DNA of 64,000 nt, taken from assembly GCA_015484945.1 (NCBI GenBank), contig WFUO01000035.1:60096-124095 (forward strand), read 5' to 3'. The translations under genes were made by a program, and so were the position numbers. Shown one piece after another: positions 54,140 to 64,000 of this stretch (position 1 is its first letter; the number at the start of each line of letters is the position of its first letter). The DNA comes from Gammaproteobacteria bacterium. GTDB taxonomy: Bacteria; Pseudomonadota; Gammaproteobacteria; WFUO01. The notes beneath the pieces are model-generated. The model was not told the origin of the DNA and did no database searches. It saw only the letters and a program-made list of their open reading frames with translations.

Positions 54140-56324
54140 GGCGGATCAGCCAGCAGTGATGTATAACCCCCCTGTGCCGTTCGAAATCCCTCGGAATGCT
54201 TTGCCGGGTGTAGTCCTTGATCGAAAACTGCTCGTGCAGCGAGGCGTCGAGACGAAAACGACGAAGGTTGCATGAGAATACCAGCAGGCCGTTGTCTGCG
54301 AGCAGGCGCATGGCATGGCGGATCAGTCGCGCGTGGTCGCGCTGGATGTCCAGCGTGCCTCGCATGTTGCTGGAGTTGGAGAATGATGGCGGATCGAGAA
54401 ACACCAGATCGAAACGCCGCTTGCCTTGCTCGTCGCGCAGCCATTGCATGGCATCGGCACGGATGAAACGATGGGCGCTGTCCTTGAAGCCGTTCAGGGC
54501 CATGTTGCGCCGCGCCCAGTCCAGATAGGTGCGCGAAAGGTCGATGGTGGTGGTCTCCACGGCACCACCGGCAGCGGCGTGCACGGTGGCGGCGCCGGTA
54601 TAGGCAAACAGATTGAGAAAACGCTTTCCCAAAGCATGTTCCTGCAGGTAGCGCCTGACCAGGCGATGATCCAGAAACAGGCCTGTGTCGAGATAGTCGG
54701 CCAGGTTGACGAGCAGGCGAACGCCATATTCGTTGATCTCGAAAAATTCACCGGTCTGCGCCTGACGCTGATATTGCCGGTTTCCCTTTTGAGACTGGCG
54801 CACCTTGAAGTACAGGTCGCCGGGATCTGTCTCCAGCGCTTCGGGCAGCTCGGCCAGCGCGGTCAACAGTCGGTGACGCGCCTGATCCGCATCTACGCTG
54901 CGCGGCGGCGCGTATTCCTGTACATGCACGCGCTTGCGGTCACTCTCGTAGATGTCGATGGCCAGCGCGTATTCGGGCAGGTCGGCATCATAGACCCTGT
55001 AGCAACTGATCCCTTCCCGTTCGCGCCAGCGGCGCAGGTTTCTGAGATTCTTGCGCAGCCGGTTGATGAACATATCGACCGGACGCTCCCGTCTCTGCGT
55101 GCCCGTTGCCTGTTCGTTGATATGGAAGTGCAGCAGTTCACAGGCAATGGCGCCGTTGATGACCTTGTGCTTGCGGTGGGCGCGCATCTCAAGCAGTTGT
55201 CCCATTTCGGGCACCGCTGTCAGCACGCTGGCGTTCCATCCTGGCAGGCAGCGTTTTATCCAGCGTCCCAGGTCACGGTACAGGGCTGGCAGCCGCGCAT
55301 ATTCGCCCAGGCGCTCGCCCCAGGGCGGGTTGACCACCATCAGACCCGGCCCCTTGCCGGATTCCGGACCACACTCGCCCAGCGCCTTTCGCTCGATATG
55401 CACGTGTCCGGACAGGCCCGCGCGAGCCACATTGTCCATGGCCAGGCGCACGGCGCGCGGATCACTGTCGTAGCCGCGAATCATCGGCAACCTGCGCAGT
55501 CCGGCCTCGCGCCTGGCGGTTGCCTCGTCCAGCAATGTCTGCCAGATCTGTTCCCGATGGCCGCGCCAGCCGTGGAAACCCCAGTATTCGCGTTGCAGGC
55601 CGGGGGCGATGTCGGCGGCCATCAACGCCGCTTCGATCGGCAATGTACCGGAGCCGCACATCGGATCGACAAAGACCGCGTGCGGCGTGTCCGTCTGCAT
55701 CCAGCCGGCACGCATCAATACGGCCGCGGCCAGGTTCTCCTTCATCGGCGCGTTGACGCCCGCCAGCCGGTAACCGCGCCGGTGCAGGCTCTCGCCGGAC
55801 AGGTCCAGCGCCACGCTGACCCGCCCCCGGTGCAACCAGACGCTGATGCGTACGTCCGGACGCGTGGTCGAGACATCGGGCCGTGTGCCGTTGCGTTCCC
55901 GGAAACCATCGACGATGGCATCCTTGATCCGGTGAACGGCATAGCGGCTGTGACCTACCGCCTTGCCGGACTGACGAAAATCAACCGCGAAGCTGGCCCC
56001 GCCACGCATATGCCACGACCAGTCGATATGCCGGATTCCGGCATGGATGGCTTCGAGATCCCGGGCATCGAACTGCGCGATCTGCAACAGTATCCGGTTG
56101 GCCACCCGCGACCACAGGCAGGCCCGGTAGATGCCGGTGATGTCACCGCTGAAGGCGACGCCTGAACGCCCCTCACGCACGTCGTCCAGATCCAATGCCG
56201 TCAGTTCCCGCGCCAGCAGTGACTCGAGACCGCGTGGCGCGGTGGCGAAACACATCAACAGATCGGCGTTGACATGCGGCCGATCCGGGTGTTCGCCACC
56301 GTGCTGTGACCGGACATTGCTCAC
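54135..56324 (-). CDS. rlmL: Bifunctional 23S rRNA methyltransferase RlmKL
   Basis: THUMP domain, [49 protein letters not shown] start overlapping ygiQ stop (alternative ATG 56255). Confidence 0.95.
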   Translation of the reverse strand: MSNVRSQHGGEHPDRPHVNADLLMCFATAPRGLESLLARELTALDLDDVREGRSGVAFSGDITGIYRACLWSRVANRILLQIAQFDARDLEAIHAGIRHIDWSWHMRGGASFAVDFRQSGKAVGHSRYAVHRIKDAIVDGFRERNGTRPDVSTTRPDVRISVWLHRGRVSVALDLSGESLHRRGYRLAGVNAPMKENLAAAVLMRAGWMQTDTPHAVFVDPMCGSGTLPIEAALMAADIAPGLQREYWGFHGWRGHREQIWQTLLDEATARREAGLRRLPMIRGYDSDPRAVRLAMDNVARAGLSGHVHIERKALGECGPESGKGPGLMVVNPPWGERLGEYARLPALYRDLGRWIKRCLPGWNASVLTAVPEMGQLLEMRAHRKHKVINGAIACELLHFHINEQATGTQRRERPVDMFINRLRKNLRNLRRWREREGISCYRVYDADLPEYALAIDIYESDRKRVHVQEYAPPRSVDADQARHRLLTALAELPEALETDPGDLYFKVRQSQKGNRQYQRQAQTGEFFEINEYGVRLLVNLADYLDTGLFLDHRLVRRYLQEHALGKRFLNLFAYTGAATVHAAAGGAVETTTIDLSRTYLDWARRNMALNGFKDSAHRFIRADAMQWLRDEQGKRRFDLVFLDPPSFSNSSNMRGTLDIQRDHARLIRHAMRLLADNGLLVFSCNLRRFRLDASLHEQFSIKDYTRQSIPRDFERHRGVIHHCWLIRP

Positions 56325-58465
56325 TTGCACCTGCCTGGGCCACGGCGCCCGCGATTGGCCCTGTGATGCCGGCGCCCGCCGGGCTCGCCGGCATGACGGG
56401 TGGCAAACACGCCCTTGCGTGCATCCCGTGCCGGATGCTTGCCGGTACCGGCCGGCTGCCACGCCGGAATCAGATGCCGCTTGCCGTTACCGATCAGATC
56501 ACTGCGACCCATGCGCCGCAGGGCATCGCGCAACAACGGCCAGTTGTCGGGATCGTGATAACGCAGAAAGGCCTTGTGCAGGCGCCGTTGGCGCATGCCG
56601 CGGGCCGAGAACACCCGTTCACCATCGCGCCGCACGCGTCTGAGTGGATTGCGCCCGCTGTGGTACATGGCCGTAGCCAGCGCCATCGGCGAGGGCAGGA
56701 AGTTCTGCACCTGGTCGGCGCGAAAACCGTGCCGCTTGAGCCACACGGCCAGGTTCATCATGTCCTCGTCGGTGGTACCCGGATGTGCGGAAATGAAATA
56801 CGGAATCAGGTACTGCTCCTTGCCCGCCTGTTTCGAGAAACGGTCGAACATCTCCTTGAAGCGGTCATAGGTGCCGATCCCGGGCTTCATCATCTTCGAT
56901 AGCGGCCCCGTCTCAGTGTGTTCCGGCGCGATCTTCAGGTAACCACCGACATGATGGGTTACCAGTTCGCGCACATACTCCGGTGATTCCACCGCCAGAT
57001 CGTAACGCAAACCCGAAGCGATGAAGATCTTTTTGATGCCGTCGATCTTGCGCGCCTTGCGGTAGAGATCGATCAGGTGACGATGATTGGTATCCAGATT
57101 CTTGCAAATGCCGGGATACACGCATGACAGGCGCCGGCACACCGACTCGATCTCACGGCTCTTGCAGGCCAGCCGGTACATGTTGGCCGTGGGGCCACCG
57201 AGATCGGAGATATGCCCGGTAAAGCCTGGCACTGTATCGCGGATGATCTCGATCTCACGCAGGATGGATGCCTGCGACCGGCTCTGGATGATGCGCCCTT
57301 CGTGCTCGGTGATGGAACAGAAGGTACAACCGCCGAAACAGCCTCGCATGATGTTGACTGAAAAACGGATCATCTCCCAGGCAGGTATGCGGCGATCGCC
57401 ATAGGCGCTATGGGGGCGCCGCGTGTAAGGCAGCTCGTACACCCGGTCCAGCTCACGGGTCGTCAAGGGTATCGGCGGCGGATTCAGCCATACTTCGCGG
57501 TCGCCGTGACGCTGCACCAGTGCCCGCGCATTGCCCGGGTTGGTCTCGAGGTGCAGGATGCGCGAGGCGTGCGCATACAACACCGGATCGGCGCGCACGT
57601 CCTCGAAGGCGGGCAGGCGCACGGCGGTACGCTCACGGCGCGCGACCCGGTCGATGGTTACTGTCTGTTGCGTCCCCTGTGTCCGCGTAGCGCAGGCGGG
57701 CGCACGGGTGTCGAGGTAGGGATCGACCGGACTGTCCACCCTGCCCGGTGTATCCACACTGGTCGAATCGACGATCTCCCAGCCGCCCGGCAGTGACTTG
57801 CACACCCACGCGGTGCCACGGATATCCCTCAGTGCCGTAACCGGCTCGCCGGCCGCGAGACGATGGGCTATCTCGACGATCTGACGCTCGGCATTGCCGT
57901 ACACCAACAGGTCGGCGCGCGCATCCAGCAGCACCGAGCGCCGAACCTTGTCAGACCAGTAGTCGTAGTGGGCGATACGCCGCAGGCTGGCCTCGATGCC
58001 ACCGATGATCAGCGGCACGTCGCGCCATGCCTCGCGGCATCGCTGCGAATAGACGATCACCGAACGGTCCGGACGCGCGCCACCCTTGCCGTCCGGGGTA
58101 TAGGCATCGTCGGACCGGATCTTGCGGTCCGAGGTATAGCGGTTGACCATGGAATCCATGTTGCCGGCGGTAATGCCAAAGAACAGGTTGGGCCGGCCGA
58201 GTCGGCGGAAGTCGTCCACCGACCGCCAGTCGGGCTGGGCGATGATACCCACACGAAAACCCTGCGCCTCGAGCAGACGCCCGATCAGCGCCATGCCGAA
58301 ACTCGGATGATCGACATAGGCGTCACCGGTCACGAGAATGATGTCACAACTGTCCCAGCCCAGCGCCTCCATTTCGGCGCGGGTCATCGGCAGCTCGGGG
58401 CTGACACCAAAACGCCTGGCCCAGAATTTCCGGTAACTGAAGATATCGCGGGCTGTCTGCATCAT
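56321..58465 (-). CDS. ygiQ: YgiQ-family radical SAM protein
   Basis: [49 protein letters not shown]. Confidence 0.93.
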   Translation of the reverse strand: MMQTARDIFSYRKFWARRFGVSPELPMTRAEMEALGWDSCDIILVTGDAYVDHPSFGMALIGRLLEAQGFRVGIIAQPDWRSVDDFRRLGRPNLFFGITAGNMDSMVNRYTSDRKIRSDDAYTPDGKGGARPDRSVIVYSQRCREAWRDVPLIIGGIEASLRRIAHYDYWSDKVRRSVLLDARADLLVYGNAERQIVEIAHRLAAGEPVTALRDIRGTAWVCKSLPGGWEIVDSTSVDTPGRVDSPVDPYLDTRAPACATRTQGTQQTVTIDRVARRERTAVRLPAFEDVRADPVLYAHASRILHLETNPGNARALVQRHGDREVWLNPPPIPLTTRELDRVYELPYTRRPHSAYGDRRIPAWEMIRFSVNIMRGCFGGCTFCSITEHEGRIIQSRSQASILREIEIIRDTVPGFTGHISDLGGPTANMYRLACKSREIESVCRRLSCVYPGICKNLDTNHRHLIDLYRKARKIDGIKKIFIASGLRYDLAVESPEYVRELVTHHVGGYLKIAPEHTETGPLSKMMKPGIGTYDRFKEMFDRFSKQAGKEQYLIPYFISAHPGTTDEDMMNLAVWLKRHGFRADQVQNFLPSPMALATAMYHSGRNPLRRVRRDGERVFSARGMRQRRLHKAFLRYHDPDNWPLLRDALRRMGRSDLIGNGKRHLIPAWQPAGTGKHPARDARKGVFATRHAGEPGGRRHHRANRGRRGPGRCK

Positions 58466-58603
58466 GGAAAGGGGCCGGGAATGGTTCGGGACGCGGACAG
58501 CTGCGCCCGCATCCCGTCAGTATAACACCGAATACCGCCGCGATGCGCTCCGGCAGGCGGAAAAAGAGGTATCATACCGCTTCCCGGTATTTGGAAACAC
58601 CTC

Positions 58604-60508
<1,905 letters not shown>

Positions 60509-60804
60509 AACACGGCCCGCGAGATGGACAGGAAAGAACCTCATGCGCATAGCCGTCGCACCCGCCTGATCTTGCACATGGCCTTTCAGACTGTATCGAA
60601 TCGAATAAAGATCGAAACCCGGTTCGAGTGCCGGGTTGTCGGCCAACACCGCCTGCCCGGATGTCCGCGGGCGCGGCACAAGGACACGGGCCATTCAGCC
60701 GCCGGCCTGCCAAACCTGAGCCAGGTGAAGGCCGGTGAATCCGGACGGCCAGATCCGACGCAGGCGGATCAAGCGATCGTTGTGCAACCGCGCGTTATTT
60801 GTAC

Positions 60805-60918
60805 TAGTTCAGACCAGATCTGACAAAGTTAAGAATAAAACCCGGCTCGAATGCCAGCCCGATACGGTATCAGGCCTGCAAGTTCTGAGACAGGTACTGT
60901 CAGACCAAGTCTGAACTA
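60805..60918. mobile_element. 114-bp MITE-like element with 21-bp inverted repeats
   Basis: TAGTTCAGACCAGATCTGACA ... TGTCAGACCAAGTCTGAACTA (18/21); degenerate copy of its left part at 60585-60632. Confidence 0.7.
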
Positions 60919-60925
60919 CTACACG

Positions 60926-61135
60926 TTATTGCTGAACGGGGTTGACGGCTACCGCCTGCAACCCCTTCGGGCCACGCTCGACCTCGAAGCTGACCTGCTG
61001 ACCCTCGCTCAGGGTACGAAATCCCTCGGTATTGACCGCGGAATAGTGCACGAACACATCGTCCCCGCCCCCGGCGGGTGCGATGAAACCGTAACCCTTG
61101 GCGTTATTGAACCATTTGACTGTGCCGGTTTGCAT
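60926..61135 (-). CDS. Cold-shock domain protein (CspD-like)
   Basis: [15 protein letters not shown] (RNP1), VFVHY (RNP2), GPKGLQA. Confidence 0.95.
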   Translation of the reverse strand: MQTGTVKWFNNAKGYGFIAPAGGGDDVFVHYSAVNTEGFRTLSEGQQVSFEVERGPKGLQAVAVNPVQQ

Positions 61136-61336
61136 GTTGCTGTGATCTCCCTGGTGGTCGTCGTTTCCCGTTGTCCTGCCTGGGAATACCGGACAAGTAT
61201 AGTCCAGCAGGCACAGGCTTCCAGCCTTTTACATGATTTTTGAAAGGTTATCGGGCTTGCGCGTGATCAGGTAAAACTGCCAGCGAGGAAAAAATACGGT
61301 ATCATGCCCGGGATCGCTGCGAGGTTGATAATCGGT

Positions 61337-61672
61337 ATGGAAATCAAGGACTACGAACACGTTTACGTCAAGAACTCACCGATCCACGGCAAGGGGCTGT
61401 ATGCCGCCGAACCCATCGAGGCCGGCAGCTTTATCGGCACCTACCATGGCGATGAAACCGACGAGGACGGCACCTATGTCCTGTGGCTGTTCGAGGACGG
61501 CAATCAGACCGGGCGCGACGGCAAGAACGAACTGCGCTATCTCAATCACAGCCACGAACCCAACGCCGAGTTCGACGGCTACGATCTCTACGCCCTGCGC
61601 GACATCGCCCCGGACGAGGAGATCACCATCTGCTACGACCCCGAAAACCCCACCGCCTGGGAAGACATGTAG
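61337..61672 (+). CDS. Minimal SET-domain protein-lysine methyltransferase
   Basis: SPIHGKGLYA, RYLNHS..PN, ALRDI...EEITICY; no post-SET Cys cluster. Confidence 0.88.
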   Translation: MEIKDYEHVYVKNSPIHGKGLYAAEPIEAGSFIGTYHGDETDEDGTYVLWLFEDGNQTGRDGKNELRYLNHSHEPNAEFDGYDLYALRDIAPDEEITICYDPENPTAWEDM

Positions 61673-61691
61673 GCGCAATCGGCAATATTCC

Positions 61692-61718
61692 TCAAGTATT
61701 CTGCGGGAGTGCCGTTTA
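61692..61718 (+). promoter_or_regulatory. Sigma28-like promoter upstream of vWA gene
   Basis: TCAAG-N14-GCCGTTTA. Confidence 0.55.
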
Positions 61719-61912
61719 CCCACGTAGATCGCACCAGAATGGAAGCGGGCGAAGTGGAAACACGTTGCCAGGCAGCTACTAGCGTACAACACGACGCCGA
61801 TCACCCTGGCCGCCATCCCTACCCGCCCGTTACCTGCTGTTGCCCTGTCCATACCCGGTAAAACACCGGATGGGCAGAACGGTTGTCAACCACCTGAACC
61901 GGTTGGGGATAT

Positions 61913-63802
61913 ATGCGTCCATACCAGCGAATGCTTCTGGCCCTGTTGCTGACGGTACTTGCCGTACAGGCGGCGTTCGCGCGCGCCAGGACCGAACCGG
62001 TACCGGATATTCGCATCCTCATCGATGTTTCCGGCAGCATGAAACAAAACGACCCGAAACGCCTGCGCGGGCCCGCGCTGCGCCTGCTGGTCGGCCTGTT
62101 GCCCCGCAATGCCCGTTCGGGCGTGTGGACCTTCGGACAGTGGGTCAACATGCAGGTCAAGCTCGGACAGGTCACCGAACGCTGGAAGGCGCTGGCCCAG
62201 CGCGAATCCTACAAGATCCACTCACGCGGCCTGCGCACCAACATCGAAGAGGCCATCAAACGCGCCACTTTCGACTGGAAGCGCCCCGATCCACGTTACC
62301 GCCGCAGCCTGATCCTGCTCACTGACGGCATGGTGGACATATCAAGCGATCAGCGTCTCAACCAGGCCTCACGCCAGCGCATCCTGACCAGGCTGTTGCC
62401 GCGCCTGCGCCACGCAAAGGTCAGCATACACACCATCGCCCTGTCTCCCAACGCCGATCACAAACTGCTAAAGGCATTGTCGCGCTCGACCGGTGGCTGG
62501 TACGAATATGCGCGCTCGGCCGGGATGTTGCACAGGATCTTTCTGCGCATGTTCGAAAAATCCACCAACACACAGAGCGTGCCACTCAAGGGCAACCGTT
62601 TCGTCATTGACAAGTCGGTCACCGACATGACCCTGCTGGTGTTCACCGAAAAGGACAGCCGGCCGGTGGTGGTGCATACCCCCGACGGAAAACGCTGGCG
62701 CATGAAACACCGCCCGGCCCGGGTCAAGTGGTTCCAGGAAAAGGGTTATACACTGATCACCGTACCACGTCCCCCGCCCGGCAAATGGTTCATCGAAGCG
62801 CCGGTCAGTCGCGACAACCGCGTCATGGTGGTAACAAACCTGCGCCTGCATGTCAGCAAACTGCCCAACTTCATGCTCAGAGGCGAAAAACTGGTGTTAC
62901 GCAGCCATTTGCTCAAAAAGGGCAAACCGATCCGTGACAAACGCTTCCTTGGTCTTGCGCGTTTCCTGCTCGACGTTCAAATGGACGAGGACAGCCGCCA
63001 GTCGTTCCCGATCCATGATGACGGCAAGGCACCGGATGCGAAGGCCGGCGACGGCATCTACACCATTGCCCAGCCACTCAATGAAACAGGCCGCTATCAG
63101 CTCACGATCATTGCGCGCGGGCCAACCTTCCAGCGCCAGAAGATCCATCATGTCCAGGTCTATGGCAGCCCGGTCGTCACCAACGTATCCCAGGATGAGA
63201 CGGGCAAACCGGTAAGCATCGACATCCATGCCAAGGAAGGCGTCATGGTACCAAAGTACACACTCATCAGTATTCGTATCGACACCGGTGAAAAACCCTT
63301 CGTCAAGGCAACCAATGGCAACCGGCTCAAGACCCAGGCCCCGGCCAGCCTGGCCGGTCACACGATGACGGTCATCGTGCATGGCAAACGCTTCAGTGGC
63401 GAAACCATCAAATGGAAACGCCGCATCAAATTGCCGGGCACGCCGCCAGCCGCGGCACCTGCCGGGAAACCGCACAAGCCGGCGAAAAAGGCGGAAAAGA
63501 CCGTTCATGAAAAGCCGCGCACGAAAGCGCATGCCAAACCGGACGAGCACGCAAAATCAGACAAGCACGCCGCAAAAGACGGGCATGCCAAAAACAGCAA
63601 AAAAACCGCTCACGGAAAACCACACAAGGAGAAAAAGAAGAAAAAGAAAAAACGTAAAAAGAAGCGCAACTGGCTCAAGATCATATTGATGATCGTACTC
63701 ATCAATGGCCTGTTGATCGGCGCGGCCGTGGGTGGATGGATCTGGTGGAAGAAACGTTCGGCAAGGAGTGCGATAGACGAAATGGACAAAGACGATGAAT
63801 GA
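61913..63802 (+). CDS. Exported vWA-domain protein with C-terminal membrane anchor
   Basis: Signal peptide; MIDAS DVSGS, TNI, LLTDG; DDG...D..AGDGIYT motif; K/H-rich linker; C-terminal TM. Confidence 0.88.
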   Translation: MRPYQRMLLALLLTVLAVQAAFARARTEPVPDIRILIDVSGSMKQNDPKRLRGPALRLLVGLLPRNARSGVWTFGQWVNMQVKLGQVTERWKALAQRESYKIHSRGLRTNIEEAIKRATFDWKRPDPRYRRSLILLTDGMVDISSDQRLNQASRQRILTRLLPRLRHAKVSIHTIALSPNADHKLLKALSRSTGGWYEYARSAGMLHRIFLRMFEKSTNTQSVPLKGNRFVIDKSVTDMTLLVFTEKDSRPVVVHTPDGKRWRMKHRPARVKWFQEKGYTLITVPRPPPGKWFIEAPVSRDNRVMVVTNLRLHVSKLPNFMLRGEKLVLRSHLLKKGKPIRDKRFLGLARFLLDVQMDEDSRQSFPIHDDGKAPDAKAGDGIYTIAQPLNETGRYQLTIIARGPTFQRQKIHHVQVYGSPVVTNVSQDETGKPVSIDIHAKEGVMVPKYTLISIRIDTGEKPFVKATNGNRLKTQAPASLAGHTMTVIVHGKRFSGETIKWKRRIKLPGTPPAAAPAGKPHKPAKKAEKTVHEKPRTKAHAKPDEHAKSDKHAAKDGHAKNSKKTAHGKPHKEKKKKKKKRKKKRNWLKIILMIVLINGLLIGAAVGGWIWWKKRSARSAIDEMDKDDE

Positions 63803-64000
63803 TGACTTCTCCACAACCATGTTGTTCATCACTTCCGAGATCGCGCTCGCGCTTGGCATCATCGTCGCGATCATCAGCATCCTGACACTCAAGCGCCGAA
63901 AGAAAAAGGAAGGCGTCGCACGCGACCTGGTTCGCAACTACAAGGCCGGTGAGGAACAGAAACGCGAGACCCTCAGACTTCTTCTCAAGGAAGTCTTCCA
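63795..64000 (+). CDS. Membrane-anchored hypothetical protein, 3' truncated
   Basis: ATG 63795 overlaps vWA stop; MNDDFSTTMLFITSEIALALGIIVAIISILTLKRRKKK..., open to the window end. Confidence 0.7.
   Translation, partial: MNDDFSTTMLFITSEIALALGIIVAIISILTLKRRKKKEGVARDLVRNYKAGEEQKRETLRLLLKEVF

Overview
A GC-rich gammaproteobacterial chromosomal segment, mostly core genes in familiar synteny: purMN, dcd, apbC, metG, rsxABCDGE-nth, gloA, argG, motY, pdhABC, pyrC, rnt, grxD, argDF, nadC, selD, rlmKL, ygiQ, uup. The E1alpha/E1beta/E2-E3-fused pyruvate dehydrogenase suggests a chemolithoautotrophic sulfur oxidiser (inference). I see no rRNA, tRNA, CRISPR array, prophage or transposase. The best accessory system is a multinuclear iron oxidase (DUF692) RiPP locus at 13.1-16.2 kb. 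It encodes a secreted precursor with 8 EGKCG motifs on Met/Lys-Pro-rich 81-bp tandem repeats, the DUF692 enzyme, a DUF2063 partner and a DoxX protein. Two matching ECF-sigma-like promoters (GRAACTT-N15-GTCTATT) precede the precursor and DoxX. Other points of interest: several intergenic spacers are mosaics of multiple palindromic/MITE-like repeat families; four sigma28-like promoters precede a TtrS-like-sensor GGDEF-EAL protein, motY, a tandem-PilZ protein and a vWA protein; a hydantoinase B-BON-NAGGN-type amidotransferase operon; a selD-TSUP pair divergent from a phage-type ABA-sandwich gene; a CHASE2 Ser/Thr kinase facing an FHA protein; and strongly basic periplasmic proteins. All family calls come from motif recognition by eye, not database searches.
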